Source of the DNA: a virus
Lineage: Duplodnaviria; Caudoviricetes
Virus record (IMG/VR): IMGVR_UViG_3300031760_000010
Span: 1-64,000 of that record
DNA: 64,000 nucleotides
Direction: 5' to 3' (one strand)
Part shown: piece by piece, positions 30,686-41,566 of the stretch
Position numbering within the stretch: position 1 is the first letter of the stretch
Layout of the letters: every line of letters starts with the position of its first letter
The notes under the pieces: generated by a model
The model's input: the letters and a program-made list of their open reading frames with translations, nothing else
Database searches by the model: none
What the model was told of the DNA's origin: nothing
Program-made: the position numbers and the translations under genes

Positions 30686-31828
30686 TTACGCAGTCAGCGT
30701 CCACTGTCCAAACCTTCTCTTAACACGAACAGCCATACCCCAACTCATCTGGATCTCATATTTACCCAGGTCATCATACCGGCCATGCTCTTCGCCCTTC
30801 TCAGTGATTTCGTCAATCTCAGTCTCACCATCTGTAAACATATCAATTAATTTGTTGTCTACACCCTTGGCAAGGAACAGGATCTTAGTATCATCAAACA
30901 GCTTGGTCGTCAGAGTCTTGTCAGCAAAACGCTGTTCCACAACTACTAACTCAGTACCTTCATAGTCGCCCAGTAGGCCAGTATGAGCCACGGATTCCTT
31001 CATAGAGGGAGCAATCCAGTTCACGTCGCCTAGCTTAGCAAAGTTCTTCAGAGCAGTACGAGTACCAATAGCAACAACCTCAGCACCATCATTAGCCGCG
31101 CTAACATTCTCAATGATAGCATCAACAGCTGCCTTGGTAGCAGCACTAAATGCACCAGAAGCAACAAAACCAGTCTGTACAGGTAGCTTGGCCGCAGCAT
31201 TCATAGCCAGATTATAAATCTCAACCTGCTGCTTCATAATGAAAGATCTACCCAGCATAGCGATCAGCTTAGCCCAATCTTCCTGACCAGCCATATACTT
31301 ATTAAGCTCCATACCAACCGCAGCACCATAACGAGCTACCGGGATAGTATAGGATTCACCCACACCGGGACGCTGCAGAATATAATCATGATGAGAAGTA
31401 CCAACCTTGGCAATACTCAAAATCAGATCTTCATCCTCTACCCAGAACAGGTTGTCCTGGCCCAGAGCGCGAGATCTAACATTCACAAGCTGGTTAAACA
31501 GTTCGCTCTCTCTCATGCCATAGGAAATATACTCATCAACGACTTCTTCAATAATCTCAAACCACTCCTGGCCATGGCGCTTCATCGCACGGTTAAAGGC
31601 ACGATCAGAACGTAGAGAATCTGCGTCCAGCTCAAACATAGCCAGAGTCATATCACGTAGCTTCTTATCAGCTTCTTGCTGAGAAATACGGTTACCTTCC
31701 TCATCAAAAATCTCTCTGCGGAGAGCGAGGTCAGTCATGAGGTTTTTAATTCCCTCGGCGTCAGTTTCAAACTGACTAAATACCTGTGTCATATGATCAG
31801 TCACAATCAATCTACGATTTCTATTCAT
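30686..31828 (-). CDS. Major capsid protein
   Basis: About 380 aa in the order portal-protease-decoration-capsid. High-expression codon usage, followed by a terminator. Confidence 0.75.
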   Translation of the reverse strand: MNRNRRLIVTDHMTQVFSQFETDAEGIKNLMTDLALRREIFDEEGNRISQQEADKKLRDMTLAMFELDADSLRSDRAFNRAMKRHGQEWFEIIEEVVDEYISYGMRESELFNQLVNVRSRALGQDNLFWVEDEDLILSIAKVGTSHHDYILQRPGVGESYTIPVARYGAAVGMELNKYMAGQEDWAKLIAMLGRSFIMKQQVEIYNLAMNAAAKLPVQTGFVASGAFSAATKAAVDAIIENVSAANDGAEVVAIGTRTALKNFAKLGDVNWIAPSMKESVAHTGLLGDYEGTELVVVEQRFADKTLTTKLFDDTKILFLAKGVDNKLIDMFTDGETEIDEITEKGEEHGRYDDLGKYEIQMSWGMAVRVKRRFGQWTLTA

Positions 31829-31853
31829 TATCACTTACCTCCTTTCCACAAAA

Positions 31854-32315
31854 TTAAGCCCCAACAACATACTTGCCACTTGCAAAAGTGACTGCCTTGC
31901 CTGCTGTGGGTGTACCAGTAAATCCAGCGGGAGACACCTCAAAGATATCGCCCTTAATAAGAGAATATGCCTTAACAGTCTTACCAGACTCGTTGTAGAA
32001 ATTCTCTTCTTTCGCAAATTCTTTGTTATAATCCTCTGCAATCACAGGAGCGTCATATACAAACAGTGCCTCTGTATCATCAGTTACCTCAATATACCAA
32101 TTACCATTCGCAGCCTGTTCCCGAATCACACCAGCAAAAGTAGGGGTAGCGGCCTGCTCATATTCATCAAAAGCAATCCAATCGCCACGTCCCACCAAAG
32201 CTGTATTATCAGTATCTTCAGTCAAACGAATATTGTAAATGTGTCCCCCACCGTAGCCAGATACTACCTTGCTGGGGAAACCAAACGCATGCTTCGCAAT
32301 AGTATACTTAATCAT
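31854..32315 (-). CDS. Putative capsid decoration protein
   Basis: 153-aa beta-rich ORF between protease/scaffold and capsid. Confidence 0.55.
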   Translation of the reverse strand: MIKYTIAKHAFGFPSKVVSGYGGGHIYNIRLTEDTDNTALVGRGDWIAFDEYEQAATPTFAGVIREQAANGNWYIEVTDDTEALFVYDAPVIAEDYNKEFAKEENFYNESGKTVKAYSLIKGDIFEVSPAGFTGTPTAGKAVTFASGKYVVGA

Positions 32316-32382
32316 AGCGTCGTTCTCCTTTCATTAAAATAGCCAGCAAATACTGGCTTCTATGTTATTATTAATTTGTTGA

Positions 32383-34113
32383 TTATCTCTTTTTAGAAAA
32401 TAGATTTCCATACCTTGACTTCTTTGGTGTACCTTTAACACCAGACGGAGATAAACTCATCCGTGCTGGAGCGCGATTTTCAGGCTTAGCAAATGTCAAG
32501 TTACCACTCTTAGCATAATTCAAAAGCATTTGATCTACGGTGCTCTTTAATTCCTCAAACGTCATTTCATTTTTGCCGTCGTTTACTTCGGCTGCCAATT
32601 TTGAAAAATCCTCTTTGTCAGCTATAGCTGCATAGTCAGCAGAAGCAACTAATTCTTGCTTCTGGTACTGAGCCAATTGACCACAGACGCTCTCATAATT
32701 CTGACGCATGTTTTCAATACTGATCTTTTCAGATTCGGTTAATAGCATAATAAACAACTGAGTGCGTTCACCATTCAAGGACAGATTGTCGCCATCTTTG
32801 GTGTAACTCTGTTTCCAGACCTTGTTGGAATCCCAATCGTACATGATGAAATAGTCTTCATAAACATCTTCAACATAACACCATTCTTCATCGTTACGAT
32901 AAATAGAACACAGAGCATTTAGTCCTTGACGAATTTCGTCAAAACTTAATTCAAACAACTGATCAAAAAGTTCGCTCTTACTCAATTCATTATTCTGTCT
33001 CTTGGGATCAGACTCATCATTATTATTGGCGGCTCCGTCATCTGAACCATCCTCACCGTCTGCACCATCACCATCTTCATCTTCTTCAGTACCAGCATCG
33101 TCATCTAAAGTATCATCAGTTTCAGGGTCTGCTTCCGGGTCGGTTTCAGGATCGGTTTCAGAATCACCATCAAACTGCTGAGTTCCAAAATCCTCCGACC
33201 CAGAATTATCTTCCTGCTCTGCAAATGCTCCCGCAAAGGCGGTTTCCAATTCTTCGTCAGACAAGCCTTCGTAACTAAAAGTTATGTCCTCAGCAGTTTT
33301 ACCGTACTTTTCTAAAAGTTCGTTAAACTTATCCATTGGCTTTTCCTCCTTTCCGTTAGCATTATTTATTTTTAACTCTTCCAACGTTTTATTTAACGCC
33401 TCAAGAGTCTCAATCAATTTATCATTTTGTTCAAAATGCATATTATTTTCATCTGCCGCAAAATCTTCAATCTGAAGATGAGACCCAGCCATACCAGGTT
33501 TACGGTCTGCCCCAAGAAGTGTAATTCCGGCCAATTCAATGTCCTCTAATAAAAGTTCTTTTTTCTTGGCATCATACGACATCTTATTAACATATAATTC
33601 TGCGGACACATCTGTGCCACCACGACGATCAATTATATCCGCAGCGGGAGTATATTCTCTAGGGATCGCGCATTTTGCATATACATAATAACGTTTTGTA
33701 GATCTATCATATTTTATTACAGGCTCATCAGCAGTAATACATCCAACTTGCTTTTCAAGATATATAACGTTACCGTCACTATCTACATCCATATCATGGG
33801 CGGTAAAATCCAGGGCCTCTGACCCGTCTTCCAATGTAACGGTTTGATAATTGCATAAAATCGGTTTATACGCAAAACCTTGCAAACTATTTTGCATTGC
33901 TTCCTTTGTTACGTTGCTACCATTATTATTTTTATTAGTGTGAAAAGCTTTTACATTTGCAAACATCATAGAATCCAAATTAGATTCTTCTTGTTCAAAC
34001 TCCGCTGGCATGCTGACACACAACTGATAGCCTGCATTTTTAGAATCAAATTCAGCAAAATTTTGCTCTTCACAAAATCTCACCAAATCTTCAACACTCA
34101 TTATCTTTTTCAA
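32383..34113 (-). CDS. Prohead protease / scaffold fusion
   Basis: N-terminal protease-like domain (H..N.N, 'VSAEL', 'GITLLG...PGM'), acidic linker with DPET repeats, helical C-terminus. Follows the portal gene. Confidence 0.7.
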   Translation of the reverse strand: MKKIMSVEDLVRFCEEQNFAEFDSKNAGYQLCVSMPAEFEQEESNLDSMMFANVKAFHTNKNNNGSNVTKEAMQNSLQGFAYKPILCNYQTVTLEDGSEALDFTAHDMDVDSDGNVIYLEKQVGCITADEPVIKYDRSTKRYYVYAKCAIPREYTPAADIIDRRGGTDVSAELYVNKMSYDAKKKELLLEDIELAGITLLGADRKPGMAGSHLQIEDFAADENNMHFEQNDKLIETLEALNKTLEELKINNANGKEEKPMDKFNELLEKYGKTAEDITFSYEGLSDEELETAFAGAFAEQEDNSGSEDFGTQQFDGDSETDPETDPEADPETDDTLDDDAGTEEDEDGDGADGEDGSDDGAANNNDESDPKRQNNELSKSELFDQLFELSFDEIRQGLNALCSIYRNDEEWCYVEDVYEDYFIMYDWDSNKVWKQSYTKDGDNLSLNGERTQLFIMLLTESEKISIENMRQNYESVCGQLAQYQKQELVASADYAAIADKEDFSKLAAEVNDGKNEMTFEELKSTVDQMLLNYAKSGNLTFAKPENRAPARMSLSPSGVKGTPKKSRYGNLFSKKR

Positions 34114-34166
34114 AATATACTAACCTCCTTTCCCACATAATAAAAACTCCTCAACAGGAGAGGAGA

Positions 34167-34340
34167 TTACATAAACAATTTATTGGTATAAATTGTTTTA
34201 TCGTTTAATTCAAAATGAATTTTATCATCATTGACAAAAGTCCAGCCATTGGTTGATTGAGGAGCAACTTCTAATAGTCCTTTCTTTCTCAACACATCCG
34301 CTGTTTCTTTTGAAGTGGTATAAATAAATTTTTTTTTCAT
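34167..34340 (-). CDS. Small hypothetical protein (57 aa)
   Basis: Not in the ORF track. MKKKFIYTTSKETADVLRKKG...NKLFM* with RBS AAGGAG, followed by a hairpin and T-run. Confidence 0.65.
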   Translation of the reverse strand: MKKKFIYTTSKETADVLRKKGLLEVAPQSTNGWTFVNDDKIHFELNDKTIYTNKLFM

Positions 34341-34349
34341 GTTTTCTCC

Positions 34350-35915
34350 TTATGACTGTGCATTATCTCTACCTTCAGCACTTTTTTCTCCCGCTGTAGT
34401 TTGCTGCGCATCCGCAGGACGACCACCCGTTTCGGGATCTGTGCCTTCTGTCACAGTCCCAGTATTCGTAAATGAAGAATTTAACGGATAGATCATAATA
34501 TCTTGTAACTTCAAAATATTGTTTTCCAGATTACTCAGCGCCAATGTATCCATTTCTGAAAAACCATTTAAAGTCATATACGCCAACTTCGTCGGCAGAG
34601 AATATTGAGCAGCTTTCATCATATCCTCTTTAAATTGTTCTCTGGTATACACTGAAATAGGAAAGAATTTAACAGTGCAAGGATTAGTACAGAGATAGCT
34701 TAACTGACGATTGACAAATGCTTGCGTTTGAGGTAGAAGAGAAGATATAGCAAATTCTGTATTTGCCACTTGTGAATATCTAAACGCCTCCGCGCCCGAA
34801 ATAGTTTCGCCGTTCAATATTTCTGCACCACCAGCAGTATTTAATACAGTTTTCGTAGCATTGGAAATCTTGCTAGTATCTCCAGCTGCCTGATCTTCGA
34901 AACCAATATAATCTAATTTACCTGGCACGATTGCGGCACTAACATAATCTGGTAATGCTTCATTGATCATTCTTTGGAAATAAGCCAGCATCAATTCAGG
35001 ATTAATTTTCCAGTCATCAATATCTTCGCCAATCGTTTCCATTTGTAACCAGATCATTTTATAAATCTCTTGTTCATCTGCGATTGCCTGAATATCTTCA
35101 AGGTCCGCTAAATTAATTAATGCATTAAATATTGCTAGAAAAGGTGGAAGAATTGTTTCATAATCTTCATACCTATATTTTAAACAAATGGCATATTTGT
35201 CAGGCACAGGAACCCATTTTTGATTAGTACGCTGATATTCTTTATACATGGCATCAAATGGTTCTGGCATATACTCTAATAATTCTTGGCGAGATCTAAA
35301 ATAAGTCATATCCATACTAATCGCAAAATCACCTGTCATATATTTACCATCAATACGAGCATAATCTGCGGGTATTTGCCAAATAAACACTCCAGTTTCG
35401 TCAATAAAATACGCACCATAAAATACGTCCTGTACAAAGCACGTCAAATAAATATTATAAAATTCCTGTTGCAAATGCATGGTTTCCAACCATCTCAAAG
35501 TTTCTTGATATGATTTTAAAGTCTTATTTGCATCAGGAATTTTAATTAAATCATATTGAGGAATTACTGAGCGCCCATTCAAATAAAACATATTAGCATA
35601 AAAGTGGCATAATCGCATATATGTCATGGAACGATAAAACAAAAACCACGATAGATTTCTTAAGTTTTGTTCATTACTTCCCAAACTCTGCATATATCTG
35701 CGCAACAATTCTTTGTTAAAAACGCTAATTGTTTTAGTTTGAGTTTTTGTAGTATCTCGTAATTTTATAATATTCTTACGATCTTCTTCAAATTGTTTTA
35801 GGCGCTCATTTGCTTGTTCATATTTTTGAATCAATTCTTTTTGTTCTGCGACTGTAAGCCGCTGGGTAGCCGAAGATGCCGAGGCTCTCTTCGGAGAAGA
35901 TTTTACTTGTGCCAT
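34350..35915 (-). CDS. Portal protein
   Basis: About 520 aa immediately after the terminase large subunit gene. Confidence 0.75.
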   Translation of the reverse strand: MAQVKSSPKRASASSATQRLTVAEQKELIQKYEQANERLKQFEEDRKNIIKLRDTTKTQTKTISVFNKELLRRYMQSLGSNEQNLRNLSWFLFYRSMTYMRLCHFYANMFYLNGRSVIPQYDLIKIPDANKTLKSYQETLRWLETMHLQQEFYNIYLTCFVQDVFYGAYFIDETGVFIWQIPADYARIDGKYMTGDFAISMDMTYFRSRQELLEYMPEPFDAMYKEYQRTNQKWVPVPDKYAICLKYRYEDYETILPPFLAIFNALINLADLEDIQAIADEQEIYKMIWLQMETIGEDIDDWKINPELMLAYFQRMINEALPDYVSAAIVPGKLDYIGFEDQAAGDTSKISNATKTVLNTAGGAEILNGETISGAEAFRYSQVANTEFAISSLLPQTQAFVNRQLSYLCTNPCTVKFFPISVYTREQFKEDMMKAAQYSLPTKLAYMTLNGFSEMDTLALSNLENNILKLQDIMIYPLNSSFTNTGTVTEGTDPETGGRPADAQQTTAGEKSAEGRDNAQS

Positions 35916-35932
35916 AGACACCTCCTATATAA

Positions 35933-37978
35933 TTAAGACCAGCTAGAGTAACGAGTGGCTGGTCTAATAACCAGTTGATCTAATAATGATTGTGTATTAG
36001 TAGTTTTTCGTCTTTGAGTAAGATGCTTACGACGTTCCTGCTGAAGAGCGTAAGCAAGCAGACAGGCCGTATAGAAGCGGTCGTCATGGAGCTTTCCTGC
36101 CTTTTCTGGAGCGAGATCAAAAGAATCTTTCCCAGAATCTCTCTTTTTACGCACTATATTAACTATTTCTTCTTTCATTGCATCAATGTTAGCTAGTGCT
36201 AATTCTTCTTGCCAATCAAGTTTAATAGTTTTTGTAGAAACAGATTGAACTTTAGATAATTCTTCTTCGAATTGCTCTTCAAATTGTTCCTTACTTAATT
36301 TTTTCTTCTTCAGTCTCTTTCTAATTTCTACTTTAGCTTTTTCGAGCTTCTCTTCATCTACATCAAAAACAGTTAAATACCCTTTGTTATCATAAGGAGC
36401 AGTAAAACTAATTTTATCTTGATTAACTAACTCGATTAATGCTTCAGCCATTTCTGATTTGTAAGCGGAAGGAGACATTAAATGTAATTTATTAACGGCG
36501 TTAGGGAATCTTTTAACATATTCAGCAGAATACTCTTTATCAATTAGCCCTCTGTGATTTTTCCCTGATTTATCTTCCCAATCTTCCATAAGAAAATCGG
36601 CTATATTAACTCCTCCGCCACCAGAACCCGCATCAATATAAATACCTACTATATTACCATATGCATCCAATTCAGCATTATATTCAAGTATTAATTCTTT
36701 TAAATATTTAATTTGATCAGGGGTCTGCATGGGGGATTTTATTTTTTTGCCAATATCCATTAAGTTAATACAATTACAAATTCTCATTTTAATATCATCA
36801 TCACCATTAACATCTTTATCATGGTATATTTCACCAACGGATATCACACTGTTATCTCTTGAACGGGCAGGATCATAAGCAATAACAAATTTTTTATCTC
36901 CTGTATCATTAGATAATAATGGCCGACGAGTTTCTTCATTACGAGTAATCGTGCCTCTACGAATAATAGCATCTGCACCAACGTCTGTTGTAAATATACA
37001 ATAATACTCTCGTCTGGCTTTTTCGGGATTACGTCTCATTTCAGATTCAATTGTAGAACGAGAAAGAAGAGGAGTAATTAGTTCTCCACGTAAAGTCGGC
37101 TTAAGCGCTTGTTCACAATCAATATGAATTACACAAAAGTCTGGATTGCCCATTATTTGTTCTTTTGAAAAATCTCTATATAATTTATAAAACTCCGTGT
37201 CTGTGCTAGACGCGGAAGAAATATAAAATTTTTGATATGGTAGATTTGTAGCAAAGGTTCGCTGTCTAATCGGATCAATAGATTTGCCAGACGAATCTTT
37301 ACCTGTTTTTAAACTTTTATTCGTAGCGGCAAAAGCACCATAAACAGCAATCATCTCGCTAGACAAAAAACCGCACTCATCAAAAATCACTGTACCACGT
37401 TTACCTCTTTTGGCCGAAATATTGCTATTGAGGGTGGTAGTCTGTGAGCCATTATATAAATTATAAGAAAAGCCATTAGACGAATGACTAAATCCATCTC
37501 CGCCAGCTTGCTTTACTTCGATTTCTTGTTTAAAAATATACCCCGTTGATCCAGCAAATGTATCTATATTATCATTCGCCAATTTTTCGAGTGTCATAAA
37601 TGTTTCCTCTGCCTGCCCACCAGAGCCACTAGCGATATATGTCCATACATTGCTAAAAGCCATATCTTTTGCCATAGTCTCCAAATCTATAATAGTAGAC
37701 TTACCATAGCTTCGGGTACAAACACATAAAACATTTGGACAAAACCAAGATCTTTGCACAATTAATGCCTGTCCATCCAACAATTCATAATTAAACATAA
37801 TATCAATCATTCGAACAGGATTACATTGAAAATATTTTTGCATAGCGGCTATAGCCAATAAGCCATCAATTTTTCTTTGAGAAAGAGGATAGTTTATTGG
37901 TTTTACAAAAACACCATAATCCTGATAAAAATCTTTATCATAATTATCAGGAATCCATATATTACTCTGAGCCAGCAT
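35933..37978 (-). CDS. Terminase large subunit
   Basis: Walker A (TRSYGKST), Walker B (VIFDEC), coupling motif (YISSA), RNase H-like nuclease (IAYDPA, IYIDAGSGGGG, HDDRF). Confidence 0.9.
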   Translation of the reverse strand: MLAQSNIWIPDNYDKDFYQDYGVFVKPINYPLSQRKIDGLLAIAAMQKYFQCNPVRMIDIMFNYELLDGQALIVQRSWFCPNVLCVCTRSYGKSTIIDLETMAKDMAFSNVWTYIASGSGGQAEETFMTLEKLANDNIDTFAGSTGYIFKQEIEVKQAGGDGFSHSSNGFSYNLYNGSQTTTLNSNISAKRGKRGTVIFDECGFLSSEMIAVYGAFAATNKSLKTGKDSSGKSIDPIRQRTFATNLPYQKFYISSASSTDTEFYKLYRDFSKEQIMGNPDFCVIHIDCEQALKPTLRGELITPLLSRSTIESEMRRNPEKARREYYCIFTTDVGADAIIRRGTITRNEETRRPLLSNDTGDKKFVIAYDPARSRDNSVISVGEIYHDKDVNGDDDIKMRICNCINLMDIGKKIKSPMQTPDQIKYLKELILEYNAELDAYGNIVGIYIDAGSGGGGVNIADFLMEDWEDKSGKNHRGLIDKEYSAEYVKRFPNAVNKLHLMSPSAYKSEMAEALIELVNQDKISFTAPYDNKGYLTVFDVDEEKLEKAKVEIRKRLKKKKLSKEQFEEQFEEELSKVQSVSTKTIKLDWQEELALANIDAMKEEIVNIVRKKRDSGKDSFDLAPEKAGKLHDDRFYTACLLAYALQQERRKHLTQRRKTTNTQSLLDQLVIRPATRYSSWS

Positions 37979-39257
37979 CTTCTGATACCTCCTCAGGATC
38001 TTCTTCCAAGCTAGAGAAGACAGAATACATATCTTTTAAATTGGCATATTGCTTGTCTGGCTTCATACTGTTCTCTTCAAGATAATCTTTTAAATCTAAA
38101 TTTTCTTGAAGTAATATTCGATTGATTTCTTTGTATTGATCTTTCTCTTTTCTAAGGGCAACAATAGTCTCTCGCATTTGAGCAACCATATCAGACCATT
38201 CAGACTCATCAAGCGCCAACTGTTTCATAATAGAAGCGTCGCTCATTTCTTGAACTTGTTGCATTCCACGACAAGTTTGAATATCAAATCCATTAACATT
38301 AGCAGCTCTCAGATTTAAATCACGAATTTTTTTGATTTTGCCAGTCCAAGTATTTTCACCCTTTTTAGCATTCTTGCTATTTTTCAAACTAATGCAGCTT
38401 TCCGCAGCTAGATCTTTAATCATCCCGGTAACTTTACCCTTACTTTCCTGAAGACTTTTGATTGTTGCCGAATTAGTTTGCACCTGTGATAAATCACTCA
38501 TCAGTTTGGCAATAGTATCATCAATCTTACTAAGCTGAAGAAAGCCTCTGACAATGCTAATACAACTAGCTGTCCGCATCATATCATCGTTTGCATCTTC
38601 ACTTGCGTCAAGTAATCCCAATAATTGAGAATATAAAAAAGGTTGATCTGATATTTTTTCCTGTTCAAACGGATCGTAAGAAAGAAGACGAGTAACATCC
38701 GCCTTATTCTTTAAAAAATCAGAATAAGTGTCCTGGTCTTCTCTGCCCGCAACGACATCCTCAACCGTTTTCTCATCTTCGTATTTAATATGAGTCTTGA
38801 ACATATCAGAATCACGCCACCCTTGGCCTATGTATTGAGGCATAGCAGAGTTCTTTACCAAAGAAGCCCATACATTATGTTTTACCTGGCCAGAAGCTTC
38901 ATTAGCTACCTCACCCAAACTAGAATCCCATAACTTTTCGGTAAAAGGTCTATTCAAATAAAACAAAGCTTCTTGACAAGACTCCTTTGTTGGTTCATGG
39001 TCTTCACCATTAGCATCTCTCCGCAATGCAATTGCTTTTGCACAATCACGGCATATACCAGAATAATGACTCTGAGAACGAGGATCGCTATCAAAATAAA
39101 AATAATCTGGTTTCTTTTTCTTACCACAAAGTCGGCACCATAACTTACTTTTTTCGTTTTCCAGTTCTTCTTCTAATTCATGTACTCTTAATCGTGCCTC
39201 TGCTGCGGTCAACTTGACCTCTGATTGTGGTTTCATCTTTGTTGTTTTGGCAGCCAA
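37962..39257 (-). CDS. Hypothetical protein, candidate terminase small subunit
   Basis: About 430 aa with N-terminal CxxC...CxxC, overlapping the TerL start. TTG at 39257 is best placed to the RBS. Confidence 0.55.
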   Translation of the reverse strand: MAAKTTKMKPQSEVKLTAAEARLRVHELEEELENEKSKLWCRLCGKKKKPDYFYFDSDPRSQSHYSGICRDCAKAIALRRDANGEDHEPTKESCQEALFYLNRPFTEKLWDSSLGEVANEASGQVKHNVWASLVKNSAMPQYIGQGWRDSDMFKTHIKYEDEKTVEDVVAGREDQDTYSDFLKNKADVTRLLSYDPFEQEKISDQPFLYSQLLGLLDASEDANDDMMRTASCISIVRGFLQLSKIDDTIAKLMSDLSQVQTNSATIKSLQESKGKVTGMIKDLAAESCISLKNSKNAKKGENTWTGKIKKIRDLNLRAANVNGFDIQTCRGMQQVQEMSDASIMKQLALDESEWSDMVAQMRETIVALRKEKDQYKEINRILLQENLDLKDYLEENSMKPDKQYANLKDMYSVFSSLEEDPEEVSEDAGSE

Positions 39258-39298
39258 ATTGACCACCTCCTTTTATCTTTTTTTATCCTAAAATATAA

Positions 39299-39372
39299 AG
39301 TCTTATGTCAGATTCGAACTGACCCCGCCAGTTTGGAAGACTGGTATGCTATACCGCTAACACTAATAAGAC
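39299..39372 (-). tRNA. tRNA-Gly(TCC)
   Basis: Cloverleaf: acceptor GTCTTAT/ATAAGAC, anticodon arm CCAGT-CTTCCAA-ACTGG, T arm GTCAG-TTCGAAT-CTGAC, discriminator T. CCA not encoded. Confidence 0.88.
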
Positions 39373-39408
39373 AAAATGCTCCTCGACGTTTTTTCGCGAG
39401 GAACATGA

Positions 39409-40620
39409 TTAAACCAACTCAATTGGATATATTGATTTAATTTTTTTATTATTACAAATAATAACAGTTTGGGACGGTGCTCCTTTAAGACGTTTACGTT
39501 CTGTAAATTCATCACCGTTATGTAGACACCCACTTTGAATCACCTTCACACCAGAAACTTCGTTCATCGCAGGATGATGCATATGTCCCATTAAAATAGC
39601 ATAGGGGAAATACCCAACATATGCACATAATTTTTGTATAGAAGTATCATTCAACCCGTCGTAGTCTCCATGGCAAATTAAATACTTGCTTTCACCAATG
39701 GCAAATTCAGAATACGTGTCATGTTTTTTATCTACATCAATATGATATTGTTTTTGATGCGCGAATATATGACTTAAAAACCATGGAACTAAATTATCTA
39801 GACGTTCTCCTAAAAGTGAATCATCTGCATTTTTCTCAATACGACTATGGTTCCCCGGCACATTATAAAAACTAATGTCTTCAAAAATTTCACCTAATTT
39901 ATACATAAAATCCGCAATTAACTCACAAGCAACCATTACTTGTTCCACAAGATTTTCTCTGTTTGCGATTTGGATTGAAAGATGAATAGTACCAGATACT
40001 AGGTCGCCTAAAGCTGCCACAACGCATTTTTTCGTATGATGCATTTCCGCAATCTCTTTAATTTCATTCAAATATTGTGTCAATCGATCTTTGGCTACTT
40101 CAGTATTAAATTCTTTTGTCTCTAGCCCTAAATGCAAATCAGATAAACATATAATCATAGTATTTGGATTTAATGCACTATAATCCCATAAAGAAGGAGA
40201 TAAATAAAACGGATATCGTTCTTTCCCCAGCTTTTCGATCTTTTCTTCTAAGATGCGTTGGTTCTCTTCATGACGTGCTTCATCTCTTAATAATTTATTT
40301 AATTCATTGCGTTCATCTTGGAGTTTTCTCTTGGCTTTATATATTTCTTGCTCTTTAGCAATCATATCTTTGATAGCTTCTTCAGATGTCTTCCCAATAA
40401 CTTTGTTTTTATAAAATTCTCTTACAAAATTGCCACCTAAAATGTTACGTCCCATCGATTCAGAAATACGCCTGCGATCAAATGGAAGATTATATTTCTC
40501 AATAATCTCAACCCAATCTATATCATTCACTCCGTTAATCTTATCTGCACAATCTTGTAAAAACTCTTCATAAGATTCTGGAGTAAGACCAACTAGTTTT
40601 AATTCGGTTTCTATATTCAA
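39409..40620 (-). CDS. Calcineurin-like metallophosphoesterase (SPbeta YonJ-like)
   Basis: Motifs SDLH, GDLV, GNH, HGD and GHMH. Confidence 0.85.
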   Translation of the reverse strand: MNIETELKLVGLTPESYEEFLQDCADKINGVNDIDWVEIIEKYNLPFDRRRISESMGRNILGGNFVREFYKNKVIGKTSEEAIKDMIAKEQEIYKAKRKLQDERNELNKLLRDEARHEENQRILEEKIEKLGKERYPFYLSPSLWDYSALNPNTMIICLSDLHLGLETKEFNTEVAKDRLTQYLNEIKEIAEMHHTKKCVVAALGDLVSGTIHLSIQIANRENLVEQVMVACELIADFMYKLGEIFEDISFYNVPGNHSRIEKNADDSLLGERLDNLVPWFLSHIFAHQKQYHIDVDKKHDTYSEFAIGESKYLICHGDYDGLNDTSIQKLCAYVGYFPYAILMGHMHHPAMNEVSGVKVIQSGCLHNGDEFTERKRLKGAPSQTVIICNNKKIKSIYPIELV

Positions 40621-40647
40621 AGCATAATCTCCTTATTGTCATCTATA

Positions 40648-40851
40648 TTAATCAAAATCATTACTTTCTAATTCAATAATCTCTTCAGATTTAGCGGTAC
40701 AAGCTAATGAGAAAGGCTCATCACCATACACTTCTTCCAAATTGGCAATTAAATTTACAACTTCACCTGATTCAAAATCCACAATCTGATGCTCTTTCAT
40801 AACTAAATCCTTAAATTTAATATCTGTCTTTACTGTTCTTTTTGCTTCCAT
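40648..40851 (-). CDS. Small protein, possibly YonK-like
   Basis: 67 aa between HU and the phosphoesterase, as in the SPbeta gene order. Similarity is weak and judged by eye. Confidence 0.45.
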   Translation of the reverse strand: MEAKRTVKTDIKFKDLVMKEHQIVDFESGEVVNLIANLEEVYGDEPFSLACTAKSEEIIELESNDFD

Positions 40852-40926
40852 AATTTTCCTCCTAAAAAATAGGAGAGAGGACATAATCTGCCCTCTCTCC
40901 CGATTTATTATTTATTTGCTTCCTTA

Positions 40927-41109
40927 TTATTTATAAACATAAGTAGTTGAATTCTCCCTATACTCCTTTAGTTTATATAGCGCCTTCCGATCTTCCGTTA
41001 AATAATATCTTTTAGCACGACCTTTATGTGTCGCACTAGAAACATGCACTAAATAACCTAACTTTTTTGACCGCAGATAATCTGCTTCATCATGAGTAAT
41101 CTTAATCAT
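40927..41109 (-). CDS. Small hypothetical protein (60 aa)
   Basis: MIKITHDEADYL... The longer track ORF reads through the tRNA-Thr gene, so the start was trimmed. Confidence 0.55.
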   Translation of the reverse strand: MIKITHDEADYLRSKKLGYLVHVSSATHKGRAKRYYLTEDRKALYKLKEYRENSTTYVYK

Positions 41110-41150
41110 ATTTATTCCTGTGTCTTTCTTAATATTTCCTGTAAAGGATA

Positions 41151-41223
41151 AGCTCCCGCCCGGACTTGAACCGGGAGCCTGTTGATTACAAATCAACCGC
41201 TCTACCAATTGAGCCACAAGAGC
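41151..41223 (-). tRNA. tRNA-Thr(TGT)
   Basis: Acceptor GCTCTTG/CGGGAGC, D arm GCTCAATTGGTAGAGC, anticodon arm GTTGA-TTTGTAA-TCAAC, T arm CCCGG-TTCAAGT-CCGGG. Confidence 0.93.
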
Positions 41224-41293
41224 AAGATCCCCGGCCCGAAAGCCGGGGTACAAAATTGAACATATTATCAGAATAGATAATAAGAAATGCCAC

Positions 41294-41566
41294 TTACATT
41301 ACTTCTACCTTAAAAACTTTTCCAAACTTCACCTTTGGAGCATACTTTTCGGCCACCTGGACCGCTTCTCCGGTCCGAGGATTGCGACTCATACGAGCTG
41401 GCTTATAAGTACGGGCAAACGTTACACCATCAAACATCTTAACTTCTTCATCTGCCTTAATAGTATCAATCAGCACTTCCTGGGCTGTTTCAAAAACAGT
41501 CTTAGTGTCCTTAATCGTCATACCCGTCTTCTCAGCTACCGCACGATAAAATTCATTCTTGTTCAT
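41294..41566 (-). CDS. hup: HU-family DNA-binding protein
   Basis: MNKNEFYRAVAEKTG...ARMSRNPRTGEAVQV...PKVKFGK is the HU/IHF signature. Confidence 0.93.
   Translation of the reverse strand: MNKNEFYRAVAEKTGMTIKDTKTVFETAQEVLIDTIKADEEVKMFDGVTFARTYKPARMSRNPRTGEAVQVAEKYAPKVKFGKVFKVEVM

Noticed and set aside
33115-33165. 12-bp tandem repeats
   Set aside because: They encode the acidic DPET linker of the protease/scaffold and are ordinary low-complexity coding sequence.
39260-41150. Theta ribozymes at the 3' ends of the two tRNAs
   Set aside because: The downstream sequences are AT-rich with no P1/P3/L3 pattern.
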